Shown here piece by piece: positions 1-8,472 of a stretch of DNA of 64,000 bases. The stretch's first letter is position 1, and each line of letters begins with the position of its first letter. Position numbers and translations under genes: made by a program. The notes beneath the pieces were generated by a model. That model did not search any database. It worked only from the letters and a program-made list of their open reading frames with translations, and was not told where the DNA came from. Origin of the DNA: Candidatus Zixiibacteriota bacterium (GTDB lineage: Bacteria; Zixibacteria; MSB-5A5; GN15; JACZUZ01); contig JAJRPM010000004.1 of the NCBI GenBank assembly GCA_024280775.1, positions 263,054 to 327,053 on the forward strand, given 5' to 3'.

Positions 1-807
1 ATCATCATGATCCTTGGCGCTGGCTGGATCAATTGTGTAAATAATCTTATCCCGCCAATCTTCGCGCCTTTTGATTTCAGCTTCGTTGAATAGCTCAGCT
101 GATTTCTTAGCCTCACGCAAAACTTTCGCTGGAAATTTCTGCGGTAACTTGAAAGATTGGATTATTCCTTCAAGTTCAACTTTCGGATCACCCGGCTTGC
201 CCAGCACCTCAGTGATTTTGCCTTCAGGGTTACGATGTGGATCGGTCCATTCGAATAACTCGACACTTACCTTATCACCCTCTTTGGCGGAATTGGTTTC
301 TTCCTGGGGCACATAAATATCACGATGCAACCGCCGGTCATCAGGCGCCACAAAACAAAAATGCGGCGAGCGATGAAACACACCCACTATCGCGCTTCGT
401 GATCTCTCCAAAATTGTAACCACCGCCCCAAGCTGTCGCCCGCGCGAAAACCCCTCGCGGCGAACCGCAACTCTATCACCATCAAGTGCAGTAGAGAGAT
501 GTTGCGGCGGTATCAGAATATCCTCGTCCTTACTTCCCTCTTCTAAACTTTCATCACCCACAAAACCAGTCCCAGCCCGGGTAATCGAAATCTTCCCCAC
601 CACCAAATCCACTTGCTCCGGGAGACCAAGCCGACCGCGCTTGAGCGATACCAAAGTCCCCTCTTTCAGCAACTCACTGACCACCTTGCGAAATGCCCGA
701 TAGTCATCCTCAGAGACCTGCATGGCCTTGGCCAATTCACGAATCCGCATTGGCCGGGTTATCGACTTGCGAATAAACTCAACTACATCGTTTTTCTTAA
801 ACTCCAT
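1..807 (-). CDS. rnr: Ribonuclease R (VacB), N-terminal 269 codons; the gene continues beyond the left edge
   Basis: Absent from the ORF track because it has no in-window stop. My translation of the minus strand from the ATG (complement of 805-807) gives MEFKKNDVVEFIRKSITRPMRIRELAKAM...GKISITRAGTGFVGDE...DGDRVAVRREG...EGDKVSVELFEW...GKITEVLGKPGDPKVELEGIIQSFKLP...IIYTIDPASAKDHDD. This is a wHTH plus OB/cold-shock-like N-terminal region followed by the start of the RNB domain (IDPxxAKDxDD). Confidence 0.8.
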   Translation of the reverse strand, partial: MEFKKNDVVEFIRKSITRPMRIRELAKAMQVSEDDYRAFRKVVSELLKEGTLVSLKRGRLGLPEQVDLVVGKISITRAGTGFVGDESLEEGSKDEDILIPPQHLSTALDGDRVAVRREGFSRGRQLGAVVTILERSRSAIVGVFHRSPHFCFVAPDDRRLHRDIYVPQEETNSAKEGDKVSVELFEWTDPHRNPEGKITEVLGKPGDPKVELEGIIQSFKLPQKFPAKVLREAKKSAELFNEAEIKRREDWRDKIIYTIDPASAKDHDD

Positions 808-1162
808 ACTTCCTTTGTTTTCCATATATTTCAATCCATGATTCCGAGGGCTGATTGCGTATTGCGCTGACTGCGCTTAGCAATACCCTAGCCCTCATTT
901 TTCCTCTTTTTACGCAATATCGACGAACTTGACTCAAAGTCAAGCCACTTTTGGCAGAATTATGCCATATTGGCCGAAACACGAAAGCTCGCCGCAAAAC
1001 GTGGATGTATGCTGATCATTGCAACTCTATGCAATCCAACACTTATTTTTCGATTCACTGCCGAAAACGACTCTCGCCACCCAACACCCAACTCATTGTC
1101 TTACTGCAGCTTAACTCTCCACGTGGATAGAGGCGCCGGATTTGCAACTGTGAATCTCTGTA

Positions 1163-1533
1163 TGGATTGTTTCTTTGGATCATATCAGCGCTCACAGGCA
1201 GAAGCCCGGCAGAAAAGCAAACTGGTCTCCTTTCGGATTCCTGATTTGGGTATCACTTTCAAAGCCCCTTTCGAGGGCGGCGAGGACCACACCGATTTTG
1301 CCTCGCTGTTGGCATTGCTGGAATTCATTGACCTGAACCGCAAACTGTTTGGCGATAAATCCCTGCAGATTTTCGGTGGCAATGTCCGCATAGTCGAACA
1401 GGTCAATACCGGTAGCGCCGCAGATGAAGACTTCGCGCCCTTCCTGGCCAAAGCCCTGCAATACCGCCAGAAATATCACTACTCCCTCGACTGGACTTCA
1501 TCAGATAATAATCCAGCCCTTCGGCCCGATTGA
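1163..1533 (+). CDS. Hypothetical protein (123 aa from the internal ATG; the ORF track gives 970..1533)
   Basis: Open frame 88 nt upstream of holA on the same strand. The first 64 codons of the track ORF look non-coding, so I start at MDCFFGSYQ. Only a weak RNase H-like pattern is visible (LLALLEFI..IFGGNVRIVEQV..DNNPA), and it lacks the catalytic acidic residues. Function unknown. Confidence 0.4.
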
Positions 1534-1620
1534 CCCCACTTCCTTCACTCACTTCTCTTCCCTACCTAGATTCACAATTACCTATTGGGCTAATGTCGCT
1601 TTAGTGACTATATTGGCCCG

Positions 1621-2670
1621 ATGAAACAGACCCCGAAACAGCTCGCGCGCGATATCACCCAGGGCAAAATCGCTCCGGTTTACTATTTCTATGGCGATGA
1701 CGACCATCGGATGAACGAGGCGATTCGATTCATGCGCGGCAAATTCCTTCCGGCATCGGCGCTGGTGACAAACAGCTCGCGAATCGATTTGAATTCGCAG
1801 AAGTTCACCGATGTGCGTGATGAATTGATGTCACTGCCCTTCTTTGGCGAGCGTTCCTTGTTGACCATAGTCAATCCGCAAAAACTCTCCCCCAAACAGT
1901 TAACTGAAACTATTGCTTTACTGAAAACGCCAGTGGAAAGCCGACTAGTGATTTTCTACACACGCGCCGCCAAAAAACCAAAAAGCGTCTCATCACTTCT
2001 AAAAAAACTGGAAGCAGTTGCAACATTAGTAGAGTTTCCACTTCTTACAGTTGCCGATGCGCAGGATAAGGTCATGCGCGCAATGCGCGCCGCGGAAATC
2101 GAAATCGAACCGCTGGCGGCTCGTGAGTTGACCGAGATGACCGGTTGTGACGCAGGAAGACTGACTTGCGAAATAGAGAAACTGATCGCCTATGCCTCAC
2201 AAGAGAAAACAATCACACTGGCAACAGTCCGCGCAGTGGCCTCAGAGACTGTGAATCGTAATGTTTATCAATTGGTGGATGCGGTAACAGAAGCGCTGAG
2301 CTCTGGCGATGGCGCGAAGGCGTTGGAGAGCATCGCCCCGGTTCTCGAGGGAGGTGACACACCAACCGGAATCATATACTGGCTCGGCGCCGGTTTCCTT
2401 GAGATGTACCAAGTCAAAGACGGACGCAAACTCCCGCCCTACCGTGAGCGCTTCCGCGGAAAAATCGAACGACAAGTAAGCCGCCTGTCACTAGATCAAA
2501 TCGAGTCCGCCCTGTCACTGATAACCGCCTCCGAAGCCGCTCTAAAAGGCGGAATATCCGACAGACCAACCGAAGGCAAACCCGCGCTGTATGAACTAAT
2601 TCTGGCGCTGTGCGCGCTTTCAGGTACAGCCCTGACACAACAAAACAAACACGAGGTATACACAAGATGA
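1621..2670 (+). CDS. holA: DNA polymerase III delta subunit
   Basis: 349 aa. The N-terminus LARDITQGKIAPVYYFYGDDDHRMNEAIRF matches the typical delta-subunit start. The helical C-terminal half and overall size fit HolA. Confidence 0.75.
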   Translation: MKQTPKQLARDITQGKIAPVYYFYGDDDHRMNEAIRFMRGKFLPASALVTNSSRIDLNSQKFTDVRDELMSLPFFGERSLLTIVNPQKLSPKQLTETIALLKTPVESRLVIFYTRAAKKPKSVSSLLKKLEAVATLVEFPLLTVADAQDKVMRAMRAAEIEIEPLAARELTEMTGCDAGRLTCEIEKLIAYASQEKTITLATVRAVASETVNRNVYQLVDAVTEALSSGDGAKALESIAPVLEGGDTPTGIIYWLGAGFLEMYQVKDGRKLPPYRERFRGKIERQVSRLSLDQIESALSLITASEAALKGGISDRPTEGKPALYELILALCALSGTALTQQNKHEVYTR

Positions 2671-2867
2671 AACGTCTGTACAGATCAAAACAAGACCGCA
2701 TGCTAGCCGGAATATGCGGCGGCCTCGCAGAATACTTAGACGCCGACCCGACTATCGTACGAGTAGTCACAGCCCTGGCCATCCTTTTCACCGGCCTACC
2801 CGCAATAGCCTACCTGGTAGCCTGGATAATAATCCCTGAAAACCCCAGCGCACAAAGCGGAGCATAA
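2667..2867 (+). CDS. PspC-domain membrane protein
   Basis: MKRLYRSKQDRMLAGICGGLAEYLDADPTIVRVVTALAILFTGLPAIAYLVAWIIIP is the canonical PspC domain (R..dr.iaGVCgGla.Yl..dp..vR). The ATG overlaps the holA stop (ATGA at 2667-2670). Confidence 0.8.
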   Translation: MKRLYRSKQDRMLAGICGGLAEYLDADPTIVRVVTALAILFTGLPAIAYLVAWIIIPENPSAQSGA

Positions 2868-2930
2868 CTATTGCAGTGAGGTCAACGCGAGACGCTAGGG
2901 TGGCTTGACTTGTCAGAATAAGTTTAGTCC

Positions 2931-3039
2931 GGTAGGTCAGGAGCCATGTGCTCCTGACACGTTAGGTTGAAAGTAACACTGAGATTCAAGTATATTGCTC
3001 GATTCAAAGAAATCGGGAGCGCATGGCTCCCAACCTACC
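2931..3039. repeat. REP/REPIN-like double-hairpin element, family A, copy 1
   Basis: GGTAGGTCAGGAGCC-atgtg-CTCCTGAC ... GTCGGGAGC-gcatg-GCTCCCAACCTACC. Termini are GTAGGTC / (A)ACCTAC. Confidence 0.85.
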
Positions 3040-3101
3040 GTTATTGCTCCAAAGGGGCAGGTCCCCGGACCCATAAAGCGCTTACTTTTGACTGACGTGA
3101 T

Positions 3102-3326
3102 TTGTCTGCGAGTAGTGGTATGCTTGGACTTGAGGACGGGAAACTTGAGGTCACAGATTATGACTTCATAGAGACCAATCAGGTTGGGGAGAAGAATGTG
3201 GCGGTGAAGAAAATAACTGGTTCGATGTTGCGGGTTGAGGAGGACATCCTGCGGCTTCGCGGGATGAATGTGATGCTGGATAGTCCGGTAGGTCAGGAGC
3301 CATGTGCTCCTGACACGTTAGGTTGA
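3102..3326 (+). pseudogene. Truncated duplicate of the ORF6N 5' end, created by the tandem duplication
   Basis: The frame MSASSGMLGLEDGKLEVTDYDFIETNQVGEKNVAVKKITGSMLRVEEDILRLRGMNVMLDS is near-identical to the start of the 3476..4084 gene. It then reads into the second copy of the family-A element and stops. Confidence 0.5.
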
Positions 3327-3395
3327 AAGTAACACTGAGATTCAAGTATATTGCTCGATTCAAAGAAGTCGGGAGCGCATGGCTCCCAACCTACC
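3287..3395. repeat. REP/REPIN-like double-hairpin element, family A, copy 2
   Basis: Same sequence as 2931-3039, shifted by 356 bp, with 1-2 mismatches. Confidence 0.85.
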
Positions 3396-3475
3396 GTTAT
3401 TGCTCCAGAGGGGCAGGTCCCCGGCCCCATAAAACGCTTACTTTTGGCTGGCGTGATTTGTCAGTGAATAGTGGT

Positions 3476-4084
3476 ATGCTTGGACTTGAGGACGGGAAAC
3501 TTGAGGTCACAGATTATGACTTCATAGAGACCAATCAGGTTGGGGAGAAGAATGTGGCGGTGAAGAAAACAGCTGGTTCGATGTTGCGGGTTGAGGAGGA
3601 CATCCTGCGGCTTCGCGGGATGAATGTGATGCTGGACAGCGACTTAGCTTTGCTTTATGGAGTTTCCACGGCTCGTTTGAATGAGCAAGTAAAGCGAAAT
3701 CTAGCTCGGTTTCCTCAGGATTTCATGTTTCCGCTGACCAAGGCAGAGTTTGAATCTTTGAGGTCGCAATTTGCGACATCAAAGAACGGTAGAGGTGGCA
3801 GGAGGAAATTACCTTATGCATTTACTGAGCATGGGGCTATTATGTTGGCTAGTGTGTTGAACTCGCACCAGGCGGTTGATGCTAGCATATTTGTTGTGCG
3901 AGCGTTTGTGCGCTTGCGGGAAGCAATGCTTGCGCAGAAAGAAATAGCGCGGAAACTTGCGGAGCTAGAGCGGAAATATGTTGGCCATGACGCGGACATC
4001 AAAGGGATTCTGAATGCAATCCGGCAATTGATTGCCACTCCAAACAGGAATACTAAGAAGATTGGCTTTGATGCGAAGCGCTAG
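3476..4084 (+). CDS. ORF6N-domain (KilA-N-like DNA-binding) protein
   Basis: LRLRGMNVMLDSDLALLYGVSTARLNEQVKRNLARFPQDFMFPLTKAEFESLRSQFATS..GGRRKLPYAFTEHGAIMLASVLNSHQAVDASIFVVRAFVRLRE is the ORF6N family signature. The start is uncertain (ATG 3476 or ATG 3581). The track start at 3323 lies inside the repeat element. Confidence 0.8.
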   Translation: MLGLEDGKLEVTDYDFIETNQVGEKNVAVKKTAGSMLRVEEDILRLRGMNVMLDSDLALLYGVSTARLNEQVKRNLARFPQDFMFPLTKAEFESLRSQFATSKNGRGGRRKLPYAFTEHGAIMLASVLNSHQAVDASIFVVRAFVRLREAMLAQKEIARKLAELERKYVGHDADIKGILNAIRQLIATPNRNTKKIGFDAKR

Positions 4085-4089
4085 GTGTC

Positions 4090-4118
4090 TTGACTTGTCA
4101 TAATTCGAGCGGTAGATT
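4090..4118 (+). promoter_or_regulatory. Candidate sigma70-type promoter for the VOC gene
   Basis: TTGACT (4090-4095), a 17-nt spacer, then TAGATT (4113-4118), 60 nt upstream of the 4178 start. Pattern match only. Confidence 0.3.
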
Positions 4119-4177
4119 TTGGGGAGAAGAGATTACCTAAGTTAACCCACCGCAAGCGAGTGGGGTACCCAGTGTGA

Positions 4178-4702
4178 ATGAAAGAAAAGAGTAAAATGAA
4201 CAAGATACTAATCACTATGTTGATAATAGCTTTGACAAGTTGCTCAAATTCGAATAATGAAGACAAGATTATGAAAAAAGAAAATAAGCGTGATAACGAG
4301 GAATCTGTGAGTAATGATTCTGAGCCAAAAGTTACCGGAATTGGCGGTATCTTCTTTCTTTCGGACAATCCGCAGGAAACGAAAGAATGGTACACCAAGA
4401 ATTTGGGGATTGAGATTAACGATTGGGGTTCTTCAAGTTTTGAATCAAGAAATATGAACAAACCTGACGAGATAAATTCTCTTCAATGGAAACCCTTTAA
4501 GAGAGGAGATGAATATTTTTCTCCATCCAAAAAGGATTTCATGATCAATTATCAAGTTCAAAATATCGAAGAGCTCTTGACCAAACTCGAAGAAAACGGA
4601 GTGACCATAATTGACAGTCTTGTGACTTACGATTATGGGAAGTTCGTCCATATTATGGACAATGAAGGAAACAAAATTGAGTTATGGGAACCGAGTGAGT
4701 AG
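4178..4702 (+). CDS. VOC-family (glyoxalase/bleomycin-resistance fold) lipoprotein
   Basis: Lipobox LIIALTSC. The C-terminal part VTGIGGIFFLSDNPQETKEWYTKNLGI...FMINYQVQNIEELLTKLEENGVTIIDSLVTYDYGKFVHIMDNEGNKIELWEP has the typical VOC beta-alpha-beta-beta-beta pattern. The gene is visibly AT-rich compared with its neighbours. Confidence 0.7.
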   Translation: MKEKSKMNKILITMLIIALTSCSNSNNEDKIMKKENKRDNEESVSNDSEPKVTGIGGIFFLSDNPQETKEWYTKNLGIEINDWGSSSFESRNMNKPDEINSLQWKPFKRGDEYFSPSKKDFMINYQVQNIEELLTKLEENGVTIIDSLVTYDYGKFVHIMDNEGNKIELWEPSE

Positions 4703-4706
4703 ACGA

Positions 4707-4813
4707 GTAGTGCAGGAGCCATGCGCTACTGCCATGTTTGCTAAATGTAAAGCGCTTTGATTCAAGCATACTGCTTGATAATAAGAAGTCGGGAGCGCAG
4801 GGTTCCAACCTAC
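4707..4813. repeat. REP/REPIN-like element, family A, degenerate copy 3
   Basis: GTAGTGCAGGAGCCATGCGCTACTGC...GATTCAAGCATACTGCTTGATAATAAGAAGTCGGGAGCGCAGGGTTCCAACCTAC aligns along its whole length with 2931-3039. It starts 5 nt after the VOC stop codon. Confidence 0.7.
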
Positions 4814-4965
4814 TCCACCCTTATCTCCTGACTGAATCCAGACACCAAACCGCTCTAGAAATCTGACCCGCGTAATCCAATATCACTCATCAAAACATCC
4901 TCCAACCGCCCTCAAAAGAACAATCAAATTATGTCTCACTTATATTGGCACAGAGGGCTGCCGCA

Positions 4966-5541
4966 TTACTTGTATCGTATAGAATAATCCTTCTCGCTCC
5001 ATAGAAACAACAACCCGCCCAACCAACCGACTATCATTCCCAGTAGCGAGCCGGATGCTATGTCAATCGGATAATGCACACCTACGAAGACTCTTGAGAG
5101 GGCTATCAGAGTTGCAATTATTATTACTACTCGCAGGGCGCGAACTGCTTTGGGCGTGGCTTTGAGGTAAAAGAATGCCACTGCGAATGCGGTGGCCGCA
5201 TGCGAGGACGGGAATGACTTTCCGGCGCCGCAATTCACTAAGAGGTGGAGATTGGTGAGCATGGCCGAATCCTGGCAGGGACGCAATCGCTCTGCGAGGG
5301 GTTTGATGATAGAACTTGAGGTATAGTCTCCGGCGGCCAGCGCCAGAATAGAGAACAGCGCCGCGCGCCTTAGTTTGTTATCCCCTTTGATTAGAATCAG
5401 CGCGGTAACCAGGGCAAAACCGATTCGCAATAGCATGTCGTTGGTGATTATAGGCATGACGAAATCAGTTAACGGATTCGCCAGTGTTTGATTGACGAAA
5501 ACGAATGCTGAACTGTCGATGCTTTGCAGGGATTCAAACAT
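4966..5541 (-). CDS. PAP2-family phosphatase (undecaprenyl-diphosphatase/BcrC-like)
   Basis: All three PAP2 motifs are present: KPLAERLRP, PSSH, SRVFVGVHYPID. Polytopic membrane protein of 191 aa. Confidence 0.8.
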   Translation of the reverse strand: MFESLQSIDSSAFVFVNQTLANPLTDFVMPIITNDMLLRIGFALVTALILIKGDNKLRRAALFSILALAAGDYTSSSIIKPLAERLRPCQDSAMLTNLHLLVNCGAGKSFPSSHAATAFAVAFFYLKATPKAVRALRVVIIIATLIALSRVFVGVHYPIDIASGSLLGMIVGWLGGLLFLWSEKDYSIRYK

Positions 5542-5554
5542 AGGGGCCGACTAT

Positions 5555-6205
5555 CTAATTATGTTTACTTATGACACCTTTGCCATGAGTAAGCTCGGTG
5601 AATTTGTGTTGAAACTCTTCGGCTTTGGAGACTCTGATTCTTACTGACAGAGACACATTGGCGCTGAAATCTGAATCATCAACGTGACCAGCCAACGCGC
5701 TTATCAGATTCAGCAATTGCTGATAATAACTAAACTCAATTTCTATCCGGTAGGAAACATAGTGATAGTTCTTGGTTACTCCCGCTTGCTCCAAAACTTG
5801 CGAGGCAGAATCAGAATAGGCGCGCACTAATCCGCCTACGCCAAGCTTAGTTCCTCCGTAGTAACGTGTCACTACCACCAATGTGTCCACCAACTCACGG
5901 CCTGTGATCTGATCCAAAATCGGTTTCCCCGCCGAGCCACTTGGCTCGCCGTCATCGGAATAGCGGAAGGTCTGCCTGTCGGGAGAATTGTCGATTGATT
6001 CGTTGGAATCGGCAGGCCGGATGATGTAAGCGTAGCAATGATGTGTCGCATCAAACTCTTTCTTGCGCAATTCAGCGAGTTTCTCCTCGGCGGCCTCTCG
6101 TGATTCACATTTGAAGACCCGCCCGATAAACCGCGAGCCTTTCACTTTGGTTTCGGCCTGGGAATCCTGGGTGATTGTCAAAAAACTGTCTGATTCGACG
6201 CTCAT
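5555..6205 (-). CDS. YigZ/IMPACT-family protein (UPF0029)
   Basis: KGSRFIGRVFKCESREAAEEKLAELRKKEFDATHHCYAY...DDGEPSGSAGKPIL...VVVTRYYGGTKLGVGGLVRAYS is the IMPACT N-terminal domain signature. Confidence 0.85.
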   Translation of the reverse strand: MSVESDSFLTITQDSQAETKVKGSRFIGRVFKCESREAAEEKLAELRKKEFDATHHCYAYIIRPADSNESIDNSPDRQTFRYSDDGEPSGSAGKPILDQITGRELVDTLVVVTRYYGGTKLGVGGLVRAYSDSASQVLEQAGVTKNYHYVSYRIEIEFSYYQQLLNLISALAGHVDDSDFSANVSLSVRIRVSKAEEFQHKFTELTHGKGVISKHN

Positions 6206-6215
6206 AACCGGCGGC

Positions 6216-7229
6216 TCAGACCAAACACTTGAGAATTGTGTTCATGTCCTCAGGATACTTCACAGGGACAGCGCCTAGTTCAACAAATGGCTCAAGCGCT
6301 TTTTCATCGTGGATAGCCACCTCGGTTGGGATAAGTATGAAAAGCAATTTGCCAGATTCGACACAACTCTGCGCCACATCCATAGCTCCTGATATTTCGA
6401 TCTCGGAACTATTGCCGCTGAGAACCTCACCGATTACCACCGCCTGAGCCAGTGAGGTGATTAAGCGATTGGCTTCACTGGTGTGTTCGGGGCGAAATTC
6501 TAATTCCGGCGAATACTCACTAAATACGCAACCCGATTTGCTAACCTGATCGAATACCGGACCGCTATCCTCAGGATATAGATTTTCAATCCCAGCGAGA
6601 GTTACCGCGCAGGTTTTTCCTTCAGCGGTAATGGCCCCAACCAATGCGCTGGCGTCAATTCCTTTGGTCAATCCAGAAACCAAAGTCACACCTGCGGCGG
6701 CAACGCGAGAACCGAAATCCACCGCAACTGAGATTCCCTCCTGACTGGCCGCTGAGGTTCCTACCAAAGCTACAGTTTTCGATTCACTGTCAATTAGCTC
6801 GCCGCGATAAAATACAATCGGCGGCGGATCATTGAGCTCACGGAATCCTTCGGGGTAGCCTTTATCGAAAGTGGTCACATAGTTGATTTCCCTAACAGCC
6901 AGTGTGTTGATAAAAATTTCCGCCTGGGGCAGTGATTTGTAGGCGTCGGCTAGTTTTGTAGCGGCGGCGGCTTCTAGTTCGAGTTTTTCCTGCAATTCAG
7001 CGGCCTCGGCTGAGAGCAAAGACTCGATTGAGCCAAATTCCGCCAGCAGTCGATTGAATGCTCGCGGGGTTAGTTCACCATCTTTCAAGGCCGCCCATAT
7101 TTGGCTGGCCTCAGAGAAATCATTGATATTTGCCGCGCTGATAGTCGCCGGAGCATCGCTTCCGTTGGCTTTTCCGTTTTCCATATATTCTTTTGACGCT
7201 CTTTCGTTACTGGATTCGAAACCACACAA
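6216..7229 (-). CDS. dprA: DNA-processing protein DprA/Smf
   Basis: Rossmann-like core: ..PPPIVFYRGELIDSESKTVALVGTSAASQEGISVAVDFGSRVAAAGVTLVSGLTKGIDASALVGAI...VLSGNSSEIEISGAMDVAQSCVESGKLLF. The true start may be the internal MENGKANG (7184). Confidence 0.75.
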   Translation of the reverse strand: MCGFESSNERASKEYMENGKANGSDAPATISAANINDFSEASQIWAALKDGELTPRAFNRLLAEFGSIESLLSAEAAELQEKLELEAAAATKLADAYKSLPQAEIFINTLAVREINYVTTFDKGYPEGFRELNDPPPIVFYRGELIDSESKTVALVGTSAASQEGISVAVDFGSRVAAAGVTLVSGLTKGIDASALVGAITAEGKTCAVTLAGIENLYPEDSGPVFDQVSKSGCVFSEYSPELEFRPEHTSEANRLITSLAQAVVIGEVLSGNSSEIEISGAMDVAQSCVESGKLLFILIPTEVAIHDEKALEPFVELGAVPVKYPEDMNTILKCLV

Positions 7230-7329
7230 TTCACTCTGGCAAACTATCGCGCCGGAGTCGGCAAGTCAATTGGTAGCGCCTTTTCGAAACAGGCCTTGCA
7301 AATGCAATTCTCTTAAGAGTATTAGTGAC

Positions 7330-7358
7330 TTGTCAAGGCGGTCTCGACCGCCTATACT
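7330..7358 (+). promoter_or_regulatory. Candidate promoter giving a near-leaderless TPR-lipoprotein mRNA
   Basis: TTGTCA (7330-7335), a 17-nt spacer, then TATACT (7353-7358), only 7 nt before the ATG at 7366. Pattern match only. Confidence 0.25.
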
Positions 7359-7365
7359 TGCCCCT

Positions 7366-8244
7366 ATGAATACCAATAAACTCTCACATAATCGTTCTTT
7401 TGTCGGCCCGATGGCCCCGATATTTTTTGGCGCCTTGATTTTGCTCGGCGCCTGTAGCAAGACTCAGGATTTCGCATCTCTGAAAGCCGAAGCTATGGCG
7501 CAAGTTGGCGCAGGCGAATATGGCTCTGCGCGAGAGAACCTGCAAAAGGCGCTGAAATTCAAACCCGCCGACAAAGATGTTCTGTTGTATTTAGGTATTA
7601 CGAATCAGGAGCTTGAGCAGTATGACACAGCAGTCTCTTATTTCCGGAAAGTCACCAAATTGTATGGCCCCGAAGAAGAGACTGGCAAAAAAATGGCAGA
7701 GTCTGCGGCATCTATCGGCGACTGGGATAGCGCGCTTGAAGGACTGGAGACTATCGCCAAATCCGGCATCGAGCGTTCGCAATTATTTGACAGGTTCTAT
7801 GAGTTCTATATGAACGCCGGGTATTATCAGGCAGGCTCGAATGTGCTCGATACCATGATAAAGCTGACTCCCGAGCGCAAGAAACTATACCTACGCTCGG
7901 CTACTGCTAAGGGAATGCTGGGCGAGTACGGGAAAGCTGAGATGATTCTTCAGGAGGCGCTGCGTCGTTTCGGGCCTAGCGTCGAGGCCTATAGCAATAT
8001 GGGCATCCTAAAAATGCAACAAGACCAGGACAAGAAGGGCGAGATATTTTTCCGCAAAGCCCTGGCGCTGGATAGTACACGTGATGACGTGCTTTTGAAC
8101 CTCGGCAATTGTCTGTCATCGTTTGATAGCAAAGCAAAGAAACGCGAAGCGCTAGTCTATTACAATCGTATCTCAAAAGAGATGTTCGAGGGGATACGAT
8201 TGGACACTGTGGTCTCCAAGCTGGAACTTGAGCTAGAAGATTAG
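7366..8244 (+). CDS. TPR-repeat lipoprotein
   Basis: I start at MNTNKLSH (in frame with track ORF 7054..8244, whose first 104 codons overlap dprA). Lipobox LILLGAC, then several TPR-like helical repeats (..YGSARENLQKALKFKPADKDVLLYLG.., ..EAYSNMGILKMQQDQDKKGEIFFRKALALD..). Confidence 0.7.
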   Translation: MNTNKLSHNRSFVGPMAPIFFGALILLGACSKTQDFASLKAEAMAQVGAGEYGSARENLQKALKFKPADKDVLLYLGITNQELEQYDTAVSYFRKVTKLYGPEEETGKKMAESAASIGDWDSALEGLETIAKSGIERSQLFDRFYEFYMNAGYYQAGSNVLDTMIKLTPERKKLYLRSATAKGMLGEYGKAEMILQEALRRFGPSVEAYSNMGILKMQQDQDKKGEIFFRKALALDSTRDDVLLNLGNCLSSFDSKAKKREALVYYNRISKEMFEGIRLDTVVSKLELELED

Positions 8245-8347
8245 GCGCAATCTGTCATGCTGAACGAAGCGAAGTATCTTGTTTCGCAATTGGCAGAATG
8301 AATCGAATCAAGACTCTTCAGCGTCAGTACAGACAAACGCATAAGTT

Positions 8348-8432
8348 AGTAAGTAGGTCAAGTCCCCCTTTTCAGGGACTTGACAAAGTCAGATACAGCA
8401 ACAGAATGTCAATACAAGACGAACCTCCTGAC
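8348..8432. repeat. Family-C element, left part only (terminal repeat + first hairpin + about 50 nt spacer)
   Basis: AGTAAGTAGGTCAAGTCCCC; hairpin GTCAAGTCCC-ccttttca-GGGACTTGAC (8357-8384). About 85% identical over ~78 nt to 8994-9070. Confidence 0.8.
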
Positions 8433-8472
8433 GTATTCTCAAAGAATAACAAATCTGTATTCAACTTATTCG

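Larger units (their letters stand above)
2925..3636. repeat. Tandem direct duplication, 2 x 356 bp (2925-3280 and 3281-3636), about a dozen mismatches
   Basis: Read directly. TAGTCCGGTAGGTCAGGAGCCATGTGCTCCTGACACG...GGGATGAATGTGATGCTGGA occurs twice back to back. Each unit holds a family-A palindromic element, a spacer, and the first ~180 nt of the ORF6N reading frame. Confidence 0.95.

Noticed and set aside
3323-3475. N-terminal 51 codons of track ORF 3323-4084 (MKVTLRFKYIARFKEVGSAWLPTYRYCSRGAGPRPHK...).
   Set aside because: This stretch is the translation of the family-A palindromic element and its spacer. The same DNA occurs upstream in a non-coding context, and ORF6N proteins start close to the IRG..VMLDSDLA motif.
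2868-4965. Prophage remnant or integrative element, because ORF6N/KilA-N proteins are often phage-borne.
   Set aside because: No integrase, recombinase, tRNA target, or structural or lysis gene is present. The islet holds only two genes. It is treated as a small accessory islet instead.
7054-7365. The 5' extension of the TPR gene ORF (104 codons) overlapping dprA on the opposite strand.
   Set aside because: The lipoprotein signal peptide begins right after the internal ATG 7366, which follows a promoter-like TTGTCA-17-TATACT. The extension has no protein-like features.
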